From NCBI RefSeq assembly GCF_001194135.2, contig NC_068989.1, positions 47,508,179-47,571,743 of the forward strand: a DNA stretch of 63,565 nt. Direction: 5' to 3'. Shown here in pieces: positions 37,032 through 49,724 of this stretch. Position numbers and translations under genes: made by a program. The DNA comes from Octopus bimaculoides. Its lineage: Eukaryota. The notes under the pieces were generated by a model. That model ran no database searches, was not told where the DNA came from, and saw only the letters and a program-made list of their open reading frames with translations. Each line of letters begins with the position of its first letter. Within the stretch, counting starts at the first letter, position 1.

Positions 37032-37515
37032 TATATACGCTTGCATATGTGTCTACGTATATATGGGTGTGTCTTCTATGCACATATGCGCACGTGCGCA
37101 ACCACCCATAATAATATAATCATACATACATATATACGTGTATAAGGATTATATATACATATGCAGTAAGAATTATATAATAATGGTATAGTAATAATAA
37201 CTTTATGTCTATGCTGTCATCAATATATACATGCGTATGTATACATATACACATACATGTTTACATATGTATATATAGATGCAAGCATACAGGTTATTGT
37301 TACTATACAATTATTATACAATTCTTACTTTAAGAAACTGGCGGATTTACAATTTGGTAAAAATCGGAATCTCCCGAGACCAACGAATTTTTGCTGTTTC
37401 AAGCTTCGCACGCACCCACGCATACATACGGACCCATATATATATATATACGAGTTCATATGTGCCCATACATAGATACATACATACTTACATGCATACA
37501 TACTTCCTTACATAG

Positions 37516-37574
<59 letters not shown>

Positions 37575-38123
37575 TATATACATATATAGCCAGTTCCATT
37601 CACTTTCGCTTATTTCTTAATGTAATTTAGTGCAAAGTGTCATAACCTTTCATAGCACATCTGCGACCTTGTCACTGATAACATTCCACTTCATCTTTTG
37701 GCCTGTTTCCATTAACCTCGAGAGGATTCTTTCCTTCTTTTTTCATTTTCTTAATTACATTTCTCATTATGCATAGAAGTGGTTAAAACTCATTGGCATG
37801 TGCGTTTCATATATAAAATAACTCCGTATACTTTGGACCAGCTGTCCCTAGACAGACGTGCGTTACATAGCGTATTTCTCTGCTTCAGTCGACTAATGTT
37901 ACGTTATATTTCTGTTTATCCAGTCCATTATTTAACTAATTAATTATTACTGTTGTGTCTCTGGTGATGGTTTATATTTGGGTAACGTTTATTAGATGAT
38001 GTTGTTATTGTTGTAACTGATGCAGACTCAGTTACTAATTTCTTTGCTTTTATATCTCCCACCAACATTCCATTTGTTTTTCGGCTTTATTTTATTCATT
38101 TATTTTCTTTATTACAACTAAGT

Positions 38124-39160
38124 GGGCGAGCTAGCAGAGTATGCATGTCGGACAAAATGCTTAGAGGCATTTCTTCCGATTCATTACGTTCTGAGTTCAA
38201 ATCCGGTCGAAGCCAATTTTGATTTTTAACTATTCGGGATTGATAAAATAGATATGAGTTGGATGCTGGGGTCGATGTAATCGATTAACCCTCTCATGTT
38301 AAAATTCGGGCATTGTGCTTATAGCATTAAGGATTGATCGTTATTACGCCGGGAAAAATTCACGGCAGGTTTTCGTCCTTCTTAACGTTTTGAGTTCAAA
38401 TTCTGCCGAGGTCCACATTACCTGCCATCCATTTCGGGTCGATAAAATAAGTAACACTTGAGCACTGGTCTCGGGACGAAAAATGGACTAGTCCCTTTCC
38501 CCAAAATTTCAGGCCTCGTTCCTATAGTAAACCGGATTATTATAAAGGCGACGAGCTGACAGAATCGTTGGCGAAGCGGACAAATTCTTTGCGGCATTTT
38601 TCCCGACCTTTTCAAATTTTGCCGAGGCATACTTTGCCTTTCACCCTTTTGTAGTCGAGCAATGGAGCTAATGTAATTAATCTCTGCTATAATATCAGGC
38701 CTTGTGCCTATAGGAGAGATAATTATCATCATTATTACTATATCAAAGTCGTCAGTGTGTTGGGAATCATAAGTTCGAACGTAGTCGATGTCATCTTCTC
38801 CTTTTATGCCTCCAGAATCGATGAATGAGAACACCAAGTACTGAAAATACCAAGTACTGAAGTTCATGATATCGACAATCCCTCCTTGTACTTATCTTAG
38901 AAACAAGAGACGGGCTTATTACTAGTATTTCTATTGTTAGCTATGGTGCCTGTCATAGTCGGGAACAATTGAACAGTCATCCGTTATGTAAATCGAATTA
39001 ATCGTTACAGCGTCGGTTAAAATGCCTTGCGTTATTTCTTCCGGCTCTTTACCTTTTCAGTTCAAATCCGGCCGACGGCAACTATGCCAGTCATCTTCCT
39101 TTGGTCGATAAAATAAAGTGATAATGAAATTTTTTGGAGTTGATTCATTCGACTAACCCA
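38124..39160 (+). mobile_element. Cluster of about four head-to-tail SINE family B copies
   Basis: Repeated heads ggcgagctagcagag / ggcgacgagctgacagaatcg, with ttgagttcaaat B-box-like motifs at ~38190, ~38395, ~38610 and ~39060. Confidence 0.7.
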
Positions 39161-39825
39161 TCCATTCGCGGTGTCCTGATCGTACTTGTTAAATACTTGC
39201 TGACCTCGTATTTATATCAAGGCCTAACGATGTTGGGAGTGATAGCAATAGTGTTGCGGTGTTTATAGCAAAAGCATTTTTAAACCACCTCATCTTTAAG
39301 TTAGCGGATACGCACGAGGAAGTTGCTTCGTGATTTAATTAAAAAATTTTTAGTTGCTGTTGATTATGAAGTATTGTTTAGCTCCCAGTGGGCAGATCTG
39401 TCCAGCTCTGCATATCATGTTACATTATTAGGGAGTTGTGCCTTTGACACCTTATCTAATTTATCTTACTCCTCGTTTTTTTTTTTTGTTTTGTTTTTTT
39501 AAGCAGTAAATTGTAATTCGAGGGACATTTCTTCGATGCGGCTATACTGAAGTTCAGTTTTGTAGCTCCTTTTCAAACTTTCGTTTTCATTGGTTGAATG
39601 ACAACTGACATCATCATCGTCAATCGAATTTACTACCAACGTCCTCTTTTGTCAAAATTTACTTTAGTTGACCGCGGAAAATGAGGAGAGAATTTACCGG
39701 ATGTATATTGTCAGATGTCGGATAATAATGAATATATTTTGACAGGAGCTTTTAAAATATATTGTCTATCTATGTTTACTTCTTTTATTAGTCTCTCTCA
39801 GCAAGACACCGCAACTTCCCAGAGT

Positions 39826-40010
39826 GAGTGAGTAACGGGGAGAGGGATGGGTGTGAGGGAGTCACTGAGTGAGTGAGGGAGGGAGGAGGAAGAGAGGAGG
39901 TGAGTGGGTGAGTGAGTGGGTGAGTGAGCGAGTGGGTGAGTGAATGAGTGTGTGGGTGAGTGAAGGAATGAGTGAGTGAAAGTGAATGAGAGAGTGAGTG
40001 ATTGAGTGAA
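39826..40010. repeat. (GAGT)n/(GGGT)n degenerate tetranucleotide tract
   Basis: Direct reading. Confidence 0.9.
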
Positions 40011-40799
40011 AGAGAGACAAAGAGAGAGTGTTGTGTATTTGCGTCTATTTATGCGTGTGTGTGTGTCAGATGTAACGTTACATAGCTTATATGTTTTCTA
40101 AATGCTTAAAAATCTTCCATGATCGGAGAAATTTTGAACTCTTTTAAAAATGATGTTACCGTTGAAGTAAAGTTACGTGGCTCAGTGGAGAGGGCGTTGG
40201 GCTTACGATCGCCAGACCATGGTTTCATTTCCCGAGCCCGGCTTTGGCAGAGTTATTGAGCAATACCCTTTATTATACGTCGCTGGTGTACATTTGGACA
40301 AATAGTTCCCAGTTTTTAAAGCTCGGTAAATATTCTATCAATATCTTTTGCCAAACAGCTAAGTTATCTCCTCGCTCGAAATTGCTGGCCTTGTGGTATA
40401 ATTCGAAATCAATATCATGTTACTTAATCTTGCACGGATATTAAGATTGTTTATGAGAATTGACCGTAGAAGACCAAAATACATTCTTCTAAGTAATTAA
40501 TCAGAGTATGCATATGCTTTGTCGTGTTTTATAATCTTTAGAATGCTTCTGTGCAAAAGTCAGTTAACTTTCGAACGTTGTATATTAAATATGACGGATA
40601 AAGTAAAACGAAATACGCTGATAGAAGTTGAAAGGAATCAGTGACTGTCAACGTTTGGATACGTGCACGTGTATGGAGTAAGTCTATCTATGAACAGGAG
40701 TTTATGTGTATGTATGTGTGCGTATGTGTGTTATTTCGTAGTCTTTCTCCATTCCTGTCTTCTGTCGTGAAAACGTTCAATTTAATAATTTTAAACAAA

Positions 40800-40914
40800 T
40801 ATTGGTTTCAAATTCTGGTACAAGGCCAGCATTTTCGGGGGATTACGTCGACCCCAGTACTCGACTTGTAGTTATTTTATTGACCCCGAAAGTATGAAAG
40901 ACAAAGCCAACCTC
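40800..40914 (-). mobile_element. Truncated SINE family B
   Basis: tttcaaattctggtacaaggccagc...gaccccgaaagtatgaaagacaaagccaacctcgg, cut where the next element begins. Confidence 0.75.
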
Positions 40915-40985
40915 GGGCATATGGCGTAATGGTTAAGGACACGGGCTACTAATCCCAAGATTCCGAGTTCGATTCCAGGCAGTGA

Positions 40986-41041
<56 letters not shown>

Positions 41042-41170
41042 TCGAAAAATACCTTAGGAATGAGAACCCAGGTTCGAAATTTACCCAAGACAACTGATGA
41101 AGGCTAGAGGGTATATCAGCCGAAACGTGTTAACAACAAACAAGATGAGGACAAATATCCGTCAAATGTA
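40915..41170 (+). mobile_element. SINE family E: tRNA-like head, (AAT)n, and a 3' tail containing a hammerhead core
   Basis: A-box tggcgtaatgg (40922-40932), B-box gagttcgattcc (40965-40976), (AAT)n, then CUGAUGA-a-ggct...agcc-GAAACGU (41094-41128). Confidence 0.75.
41089..41131 (+). ncRNA. Hammerhead core in SINE tail (cleavage site and stem I appear damaged in this copy)
   Basis: CUGAUGA, an extra A, a 4-bp stem II GGCU/AGCC, GAAA, and palindromic stem III ACGU. The next base is G (NUG, not NUH) and stem I pairing is poor. Confidence 0.55.
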
Positions 41171-41380
41171 TATGGATTTTATCACATATGTAGGTAACTT
41201 GACATCAGGAAGATGTCACTGACCCACAACACCGCTCTCTTTTGAAAAATCAAGGATTGCATGTAGGGTTCGAACTCACCCACTTTTCGTGAACATGGTA
41301 ATGCTCGCAAACGCATCTTTATGAAGAGCATCATGCACGTGGAAAACGAAACAACACACACACACACATACACTCATCGG

Positions 41381-41390
41381 GTATAAAAGG
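41381..41390 (+). promoter_or_regulatory. TATA box upstream of the Tc1 transposase ATG
   Basis: gtataaaagg, ~50 nt before ATG 41437. Confidence 0.4.
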
Positions 41391-41436
41391 CACCCAAATT
41401 TACCAGCCTGTCATTCGTTTCCCGAACGCAGCATGC

Positions 41437-42428
41437 ATGCCAAGACTGACACAAAATCAGCAGGAGCAAGCCATCGCCCGTCTCCATGCTGGTCAACGTC
41501 GATGGGTCATTACTAACGACTTGAACTGCAATATTCGGACAACAGAGCGGCAGAGGGAACGATACAATGCCACAAACAGTACGGATGATCGTGCACACAG
41601 TGGCCGATCATAGGTTACAATGGAACATCAAGATCACCGCCTGCACCAACAGCACTTGCAGGACCGATTCCGGAGGGCAATGGAATCAGCTAGGCAGACC
41701 ATAGGAACTCACCACAGACCCATTTGTGCAGAGACAGTTCGCCGTCGGTTAAGATTTTTTAGTTTGTCTTGTCGACGTCCGGCTAGGGGCCCCATCCTCA
41801 CAGATTGTCATCGACGGGCACGTTTGCAGTGGGCTCAAAAACGTCAGAAATGGCGATATCAGCAGTGGAGGACTGTAGTCTTCTCTGACGAAAGTCGATA
41901 TTGTATTTCTGTGGCAGATGGCAGAGCTAGGGTTTGGAGAAGAGGTGAACGTCATGCCGATGGTTGTGTGGTGGAGAGAGATTCATCATATGGAGTGGGA
42001 TTTTACTCAACCAGAAACATCGGCCAAGGCCGGAGCAATGGAGTAACTGCTGTTGGCTACATCAATCAAGTGTTGATGCCATACATTGTGTCATACATTG
42101 CCCGTCATCGAAATCACGTGTTCCGACACGACAACGCCCGTTCCGATACTGCCAGGTTGACAACAGACTTCCTCCGACAGCACAACATCCAGACGCTGCT
42201 ATGACCTGCCCTAAGTCCGGACTTGAATCCCATAGAGCACCTGTGGTACGAAATCCAAAGAAGGCTAAATAACATCCGTCCATGTCTGACAACTGAGGCA
42301 CAACTCACTGCAAGTTTTAACAGAGTGTGGGCTGGTATCCCATGGCCTTCATCAATGGTTTGCTGCATTTAATGTACAGAAGATGCCTGGGGGTAATCAA
42401 CGCTAACTGTGACCACACGAGATATTAG
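41437..42428 (+). pseudogene. Near full-length Tc1 (DD34E) transposase pseudogene
   Basis: MPRLTQNQQEQAIARLHAG...GRS*VT...ETVRRRLR...RRPARGPILT...VVFSDESRY...FRHDNAR..(34 aa)..SPDLNPIEHLW...INANCDHTRY*. It has in-frame stops near 41607 and at 42202, plus compensating frameshifts. Confidence 0.9.
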
Positions 42429-42729
42429 GTTCCTCTCTTTGAATCCAAGACACTCCGTCACCACGTAACACCATGTGATGTCAAATATGCTTCAGGAAAT
42501 AACGCTTTATCAATAAGAAAAGAACGGTTTCTTAATTAGCACTCTTAAATCAATGCTATGGCAGTCTGTTAATAGACCGGTTTCTATTTAGTATGTGTGC
42601 GACGTTTCTTTGAAGGTCCTATACTCTGATAAAAACAGTGGTTATGCCGTAACATTGAATTAAATTTTCTCAATTTTGGCTTCACAAAACTTTTCATGAC
42701 AGATTTCACGTTTCTTCCCTTCGTCGCAC

Positions 42730-43265
42730 AAATAGCTCATAAGTAAATAGACACCACGTAGTGCTATAAGTTTGCTAATATGTTGTTTGTTTTCGTTCCA
42801 GACTACAGTAGATTTATCGTTTATACTAATTAGCCAGTCCTTGAACACCAGAAAGAAAAGAGTTGTCTGAATTTCAGAAAAGGTGCATTTTGGGTGAATC
42901 TGAGGGTGGAATTAGCCAACGTAAAATTGCACAAAATCATAAGATTCCTCTCACAGTCAATAGATTGACTGAACATTTCACCAGCAAAGTAAAAGATAGG
43001 AATCAAAATCATCACGATCAGGTTGACCTGTGCCTTCTGAACAGCATGGTATTTTCAACATATGTGCAGTCTGTGCGGAAATTCCATGAGACAATTTCAG
43101 AACTCATTAATTTACTACAATGCCCTCAAAATCAAATCATTAAAACCTGCACAAAGCATGCCTCCTAAAAGGTATATTAAATATTTCAATACATCAAAGC
43201 TCATCATTTTGGTTCTAGAAAAAAAACCTTTTAAGAATGATGGTGTCTATTTTTGAGACGCATTA
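42730..43265 (+). mobile_element. Second, internally deleted Tc1-type element
   Basis: RKELSEFQKRCILGESEGGISQRKIAQNHKIPLTVNRL is a Tc1 N-terminal HTH. A short inverted repeat aaatagacacca (~42745) / tggtgtctattt (~43240) brackets it. Confidence 0.55.
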
Positions 43266-43383
43266 ACAAAATAATATTTGAAAAAAAATATCTCAACTCA
43301 GTATATCGTGTAACAATTTGTCAGCTAATAAGAGGTATAAGCTGTCCTCATCAAGATGTCAAGCTAAATTAACGAATAATTGT

Positions 43384-43585
43384 TTTTAATTACGGTACAA
43401 AGCCAGCAATTTTGGCGGGAAGGGTTTCAGTACATTTCTTGTCTGATAATCTATTTTATTGATTCTGGAAGAGTAAAAGCAAACGTAACATACGTCGGTG
43501 AAATTTGAGACCAAAACGTGAAGTGACGAAAAAGAGCTACAACAATGCACTTTCACCCGACGATCAAACGATTCTACCTCCCTAT
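43384..43585 (-). mobile_element. SINE family B (diverged)
   Basis: tacaaagccagcaattttgg...ggaagagtaaaagcaaacgtaacatacgtcggtgaaatttgagacc. Confidence 0.6.
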
Positions 43586-43924
43586 CGAATAATAAATATA
43601 AATGAGGTACAAGTTGTAATGTCATAAAGAGTTATAGTAAACATACACGCACATGCATACAGACACACACATATTTATACACACAGACACACACATACAC
43701 ACATGATTGTATGTATATATATGTATGCACGTAAGTATGTATGTATATTACAGAATTTAGCAGCATCCTACGATATTCCGTGTACAAAATGTCTGCAGAG
43801 GTCATCTATACTTCCTTTTTTTCCTATCCTAACGGTGTTATTCAAATATATATGTCTTATGTAATAGAGCCAATTCAATTCTCTTCTCTTATAAAATTTA
43901 GCTTTTCTTTTTCTACTATGAAAA

Positions 43925-44145
43925 AGATCATTATCATCATCAGCATCATTATCATCATTTTCTTTTCATCATCGTCATTGTTGTAGCCATCGTTGACGTC
44001 GTAGTCATTATCCTCATCATCATCATAACTTCCACTACCACTATCACCACCACCACTACCACCACAGCCACCATCACCAACAACAACCACAACATCATTC
44101 TCATGATCATCACGATCATGATTATGTTGATCATCATCATGGCTA
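43925..44145. repeat. Mixed (CAT)/(CAC)/(CAA) trinucleotide low-complexity tract
   Basis: Direct reading; source of the D/M/V-rich ORFs. Confidence 0.9.
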
Positions 44146-45113
44146 ATTTTAACGACGAAATGCTCCTCTTCATTGTCTTGCAACACATTGACGTCACATT
44201 TTGTCCAATATATCTTTTTTTCGATCTACTTTTAGTGGACAGTTATGTAAGAAATCAATATAGTAAACACATTTTGATGGTAATTTACAATAGACGAATC
44301 TATCTAATGGTCAATCTTATTGCCAGGGGGTTTTGTGTATTAGAATTGTATTCATTCACATCAAAATTTACAGTAATATTTTCAAACAAACGGCTAATCA
44401 AGGATGTCACTTGTATACCGAATATTGGCAATGTTTTTAGACAATTTGTTTCAACAGTCAATATTACAATATGAGATATCAGTACATATGATATCACTAT
44501 ATAGCGATAGCACTATAGATAATATCCTTATATAATATTCTGTAATGGTGGTGGATCTCCGTCGTACGACATGGAGGATTCAGTGGTTAGAGCATGTGAG
44601 TTTATTTGTCTCGAATTTTCCTGCAAGTGGCTGAAAATGCCACAGACGCGTCTACTTAATGTAGTTCTATGGTAGAATTAGCGTGACGTAGTGCAGCATT
44701 TTAGGTAGAAGTAAAATTCACCCAACGAGGGATTCTATATAATTTCCGTAAGTGTATGCATATATATGTGGGGGGGGGGTCTAGTCGTGCATGTATATAT
44801 ATATATATATNNNNNNNNNNNNNNNNNNNNNNNNNNNNNNNNNNNNNNNNNNNNNNNNNNNNNNNNNNNNNNNNNNNNNNNNNNNNNNNNNNNNNNNNNN
44901 NNNNNNNNNNNNNNNNNNNNNNNNNNNNNNNNNNNNNNNNNNNNNNNNNNNNNNNNNNNNNNNNNNNNNNNNNNNNNNNNNNNNNNNNNNNNNNNNNNNN
45001 NNNNNNNNNNNNNNNNNNNNNNNNNNNNNNNNNNNNNNNNNNNNNNNNNNNNNNNNNNNNNNNNNNNNNNNNNNNNNNNNNNNNNNNNNNNNNNNNNNNN
45101 NNNTATATATATA

Positions 45114-45148
<35 letters not shown>

Positions 45149-45270
45149 AACAAAATAAAACTGGGTGTTACCCATGAGTAAAAATATAAGGAAAAGAATT
45201 TGAAAATGCAGGAGTATTTCAGAAATATTTATTAACCTAACCGGTTTCACTTATTTAAAATGATTTTCAA

Positions 45271-45452
45271 GAGTAAAATGTGAAGTTTCGCGTATCCTCT
45301 GTGGTGTCAAAAACTAATTTACAAAAATGTAATCAAAGCAAGTGATAGAGTCTTTGACAATAGTATTCTATCACTTGATTTGAATACATTTATGTCAAAC
45401 TAATTTTTGACACCACAAAGGATACGCAAAATCTCATACTTTACATTTACTC
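45271..45452. repeat. ~180-bp hairpin (MITE-like)
   Basis: gcgtatcctctgtggtgtcaaaaactaattt...aagtgataga pairs with tctatcactt...aactaatttttgacaccacaaaggatacgc; the loop is ~13 nt. Confidence 0.75.
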
Positions 45453-46143
45453 AAGGACAGATTCCTGCCAAGGCACACCACTATAAGATCTTGTAGATCG
45501 TCACTGGTTATCTACATTTGTCATTTGTTATCAGCCAAAGAACAAAACAGATCCATATGACTGACAAGATTTCTGACTGAAGAATATGACCAAAGAGCAA
45601 CTGTTCGTTTATGTCTTCTTAATGCTTCGCTTTTGATGGCGAGAACTTCTAAATATGAGTTAATTTTTATTGGAAGTGATCCTTGAATTTGCTTGTGTAT
45701 ACCTGATTATATTTGTGTTGGTCTATATGTGTGTGAGCACGCCTGTGTGTGAGTACGCCTGTGTGTGGTAGTGGTGGTGGTGGGGAGTGGGACTGGAGAT
45801 GATGTTGCAGTTATAGGTGAGTACCACAACAATTTCTTCTTTGATTTTACAAATTATTAACATAATCAGGTCACTACACAATATTTTGGTATATTCCACT
45901 CATATTTTACCAGACAAGCATGCACACAGACAGCCACATATATGTAATTTCACAAACATACACACACATACATGTATATATTTATATGTGCATTTCTGTA
46001 TATATATACCGGAATATATATACCGGAGTATATATATACCGGAGTAAGCACATAAAATGTGCAACAAGGTGGAAAAAAGAGTACTCAAATACCAGAGGTA
46101 GAGTAATATGCTTTATTTAAAAGCAGCAGAAATATAACAAAAG

Positions 46144-46183
46144 ACTGTTACTCTGAGTTTCACGTTCCCGATCATCGGACAGT
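46144..46183 (-). ncRNA. Solo minimal hammerhead motif, U4C core variant
   Basis: Reverse complement: actgt-CCGAUGA-u-cg(GGAA)cg-u-GAAA-CUC-A-GAG-U-A|acagt. Confidence 0.6.
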
Positions 46184-46522
46184 TTTATTGATTCGACTGT
46201 CAACCATACGATCAAGTTAGATGCAGCGCCGACCGCTGCAAAGGAGAGTATATCCACTGACTGCTTTCCACTGCGTTCAAAAATCACACACCTACAATTT
46301 TCCATGACAGGTTAGGGCCTGGATTCTTCTAAACGGATGCATGACATGTCACTTAGTTGAATTAGCCCATCACATTTACTCCACAAATGTTTTGTCGTCA
46401 ATGCTGCATTTTCCCGTACCACTTGTTTCAACATAACTGTAATATACGTACAAACTATGCCATTTTAATCCCGAGCAACGCTGGGTATCTCTGTTAGTAT
46501 ATACATATATACCTCCATGTGT

Positions 46523-46903
46523 GTGGAAGCGCAATGGCCCAGTGGTTAGGGCAGCGGACTCGCGGTCATAGGATCGCGGTTTCGATTCCCAGACCGGCCG
46601 TTGTGAGTGTCTATTGAGCGAAAACACCTAAAGCTCCACGAGGCTCCGGCAGGTGATGGTGGCGAACTCTGCTGTACTTTTTCACCACAACCTTCTCTCA
46701 ATCTTTCTTCTTGTTTCTGTTGTACCTGTATTTCAAAGGGCCAGCCTTGTCACACTGTGTCACGCTGAATCTCCCTTTGAACTACGTTAAGGGTACACGT
46801 GTCTGTGGAGTGCTCAGCCACTTGCACATTAATTTCACGAGCAGGCTGTTCCGTTGATCGGATCAACTGGAACCCTCGACGTCGTAAGCGACGGAGTGCC
46901 AAC
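46523..46903 (+). mobile_element. SINE family C, full length, with 12-bp target-site duplication
   Basis: A-box tggcccagtgg, B-box ggtttcgattcc; TSD acctccatgtgt at 46511-46522 and 46908-46919. Confidence 0.9.
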
Positions 46904-47625
46904 ACACACCTCCATGTGTACGTGTGTAGGGGAAATAGATAGGAACGAAGAATATGAGTGAAACTGATAGAAAGAGAGAGCGGGGGAAAGAGAAAGAGAA
47001 AGACAGGGAAGTGGAAATATGTTTACTTAATAACCATATAAGACCATATAAGTGCCACATGATATAGCTGCTGGTACCACGTGGCACATAATTCAGAAGT
47101 ATAGAAAAAGCATGACGTTTGTACAAATTCGAAATCTGTTAGGTTTAACTTTAATAGGAAAATCCCCAAATGATAAGCCTTATCTAATATTGACACAAAT
47201 ATTGCAATTGAAGAAATTTACATTTGCATGCGTATGTATGTTAGTGCGCATGCGTTGTTTTCAATGTGTTGGTATCAGTGTAATACTGTATAGAAATATT
47301 TATCTATTTTCCTATCTACAACGGGAAAGGGATAAACGTGGAGCGTCGCGTTGGTATTTGATAAAAAGATGACACCATAGATAACGACGTTGTGTATGGG
47401 TGCGATTAATTTTCTTTGTGCTAGTGAGGTTAGACACAGAAAGAAAAGATTATGTATTTGGCTGTGTGTACGTGTCTGTGTGTGTGCGTTTGTGTGCCTG
47501 CGTTTATATCTATTTTCCTATATCTCTTGGTCCGTATTTGTGTTATGTCTATCTATCTATCTATCTATATTTTTGTCTATCAATCTATCTATCTAACTCC
47601 CTCTTACTTTCTCTTTGTATCCATC

Positions 47626-47666
<41 letters not shown>

Positions 47667-48423
47667 CTGGCTTTCTCTCTCTCTATCTATTTACCTCTAG
47701 CTTTCTCTCTCTATCTATCTATCTATNNNNNNNNNNNNNNNNNNNNNNNNNNNNNNNNNNNNNNNNNNNNNNNNNNNNNNNNNNNNNNNNNNNNNNNNNN
47801 NNNNNNNNNNNNNNNNNNNNNNNNNNNNNNNNNNNNNNNNNNNNNNNNNNNNNNNNNNNNNNNNNNNNNNNNNNNNNNNNNNNNNNNNNNNNNNNNNNNN
47901 NNNNNNNNNNNNNNNNNNNNNNNNNNNNNNNNNNNNNNNNNNNNNNNNNNNNNNNNNNNNNNNNNNNNNNNNNNNNNNNNNNNNNNNNNNNNNNNNNNNN
48001 NNNNNNNNNNNNNNNNNNNNNNNNNNNNNNNNNNNNNNNNNNNNNNNNNNNNNNNNNNNNNNNNNNNNNNNNNNNNNNNNNNNNNNNNNNNNNNNNNNNN
48101 NNNNNNNNNNNNNNNNNNNNNNNNNNNNNNNNNNNNNNNNNNNNNNNNNNNNNNNNNNNNNNNNNNNNNNNNNNNNNNNNNNNNNNNNNNNNNNNNNNNN
48201 NNNNNNNNNNNNNNNNNNNNNNNTGTGTGTGTGTATGTGCATAAATATATATACATATATACATGAAATATATGAATTAATATACCATATATTATCCACA
48301 CACATGCAGGTGAAAATATACAAATCCACATGTGATTTTGGCATTTTCCCTATATTTGTGCCTGTGTGCATGTACATATATATATGTATATATATGCATA
48401 TATATATGTGGGGGGGGTTGTGC

Positions 48424-48458
<35 letters not shown>

Positions 48459-49724
48459 TGTGTGGGTGCACGTGTGTGTGTACGCTATATCAGGTATAAA
48501 TTAAACTCCCAGTTATACGTTAGCATTAACAAAAAAAATCAGCATATGCGAATGCTGTACAGCAACATGAGTTACATTATTACTATTGCAGGGTATCTTT
48601 CCTCAGGAAAGGTCAATCAGTTAAGAACATTTCATTTAACATCATAAGAAGAAATTAAAAACTGCTTACATAACATTAAGTTCCATCAAGACTGTGTTAA
48701 ACTGCTTGTTTTTTTAAAGATTGCTTATTCTTTTATATAATTACTAATCTTTATTAAAGAAAAGATCTTTTTCAGGTTATACATGTGTGTGTGTGTTTCC
48801 GTGTATGTGTGTGTGTGTTTCTGCGTGCGTGTGTGTGTGTGTATGCGTGTATGTGTGTGTGCGTGTACGTGTGTGAGAGAGAGAGATCGTGAAAGTACGA
48901 GGGCAGAAAGAGAGAGCGAGAGACAGAGAGACAGAGAATGTGTGCGTGTGTGTGTGTAACGTGTAATATAATATTCCTAAATTTCTTTTGATATTCGAAT
49001 CATCAAAGAATTTCAAGTCAACTGCGTGTAGAGATTCGTTTTCACATTTCCTTAAGTATAAATCCAATATGAACGAAGGACGAATTCCTTGGAAGCAATA
49101 TAATTGCACTTATATGATCTCACAATATTCCTTGAATATCCCTAAGTATGCACACAGAATGTTTAAACCATCCTTCATGTTTCTGCAATATGCTACCCGT
49201 CGCTAACAGCGTTAGAAATATAATTAGATTACAGTTAGACGTTAAGCGTCTTTCTGACACAGGATGAGAATATATCATATCATTTTATAAGGCAGCTTGT
49301 AGGTAGAAGGCTCTTTTCTTAATAGAAAGAAATACAAGAGAATTGCTAGCAACTTTTATTATATCGAGAATAAATATAGTGGAATCAAGACGTTTATTTC
49401 TTCCTCATAATACTTCAGAGGTAGATGTAAAGTGTATCTGATATGTATAAATGCACTCCAAGACAAATGTTTGCTATTATTCTGTTTTTGGAATTAAAAA
49501 CCTTCTCTTATTCAATATCAGTACAAAGATAATATATCAGAATATAGAATGATATTGCATTCGTGAAATTTTTTCCCGGAACTTACAGTAAATATCAACT
49601 AAGTTGTCTCGTTGAGTTCAGGTATAGAATATGGTATCGGTTAAACGCTGGATGAAGAAATGATACATATATAAATTCAGCAGACGTACTATGATGTTTG
49701 AGTTTTAGGACTGTATTCTGTATT

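Noticed and set aside
38418-38867. 149-aa minus ORF with an acidic stretch (GGIKGEDDIDYVRTYDSQH)
   Set aside because: Two thirds of it is antisense SINE sequence. The unique part has a plausible acceptor but no good donor and no recognisable homology.
39500-39650. Minus-strand ~50-codon open frame (IDDDDVSCHSTNENESLKRSYKTELQY...)
   Set aside because: It looks protein-like but is short, bounded by stops, has weak splice signals and no recognisable family.
46523-46600. tRNA genes at SINE heads (also 40915, 21343, 25960)
   Set aside because: A and B boxes are present but the cloverleaf stems do not pair, and each continues into a repeated SINE body.
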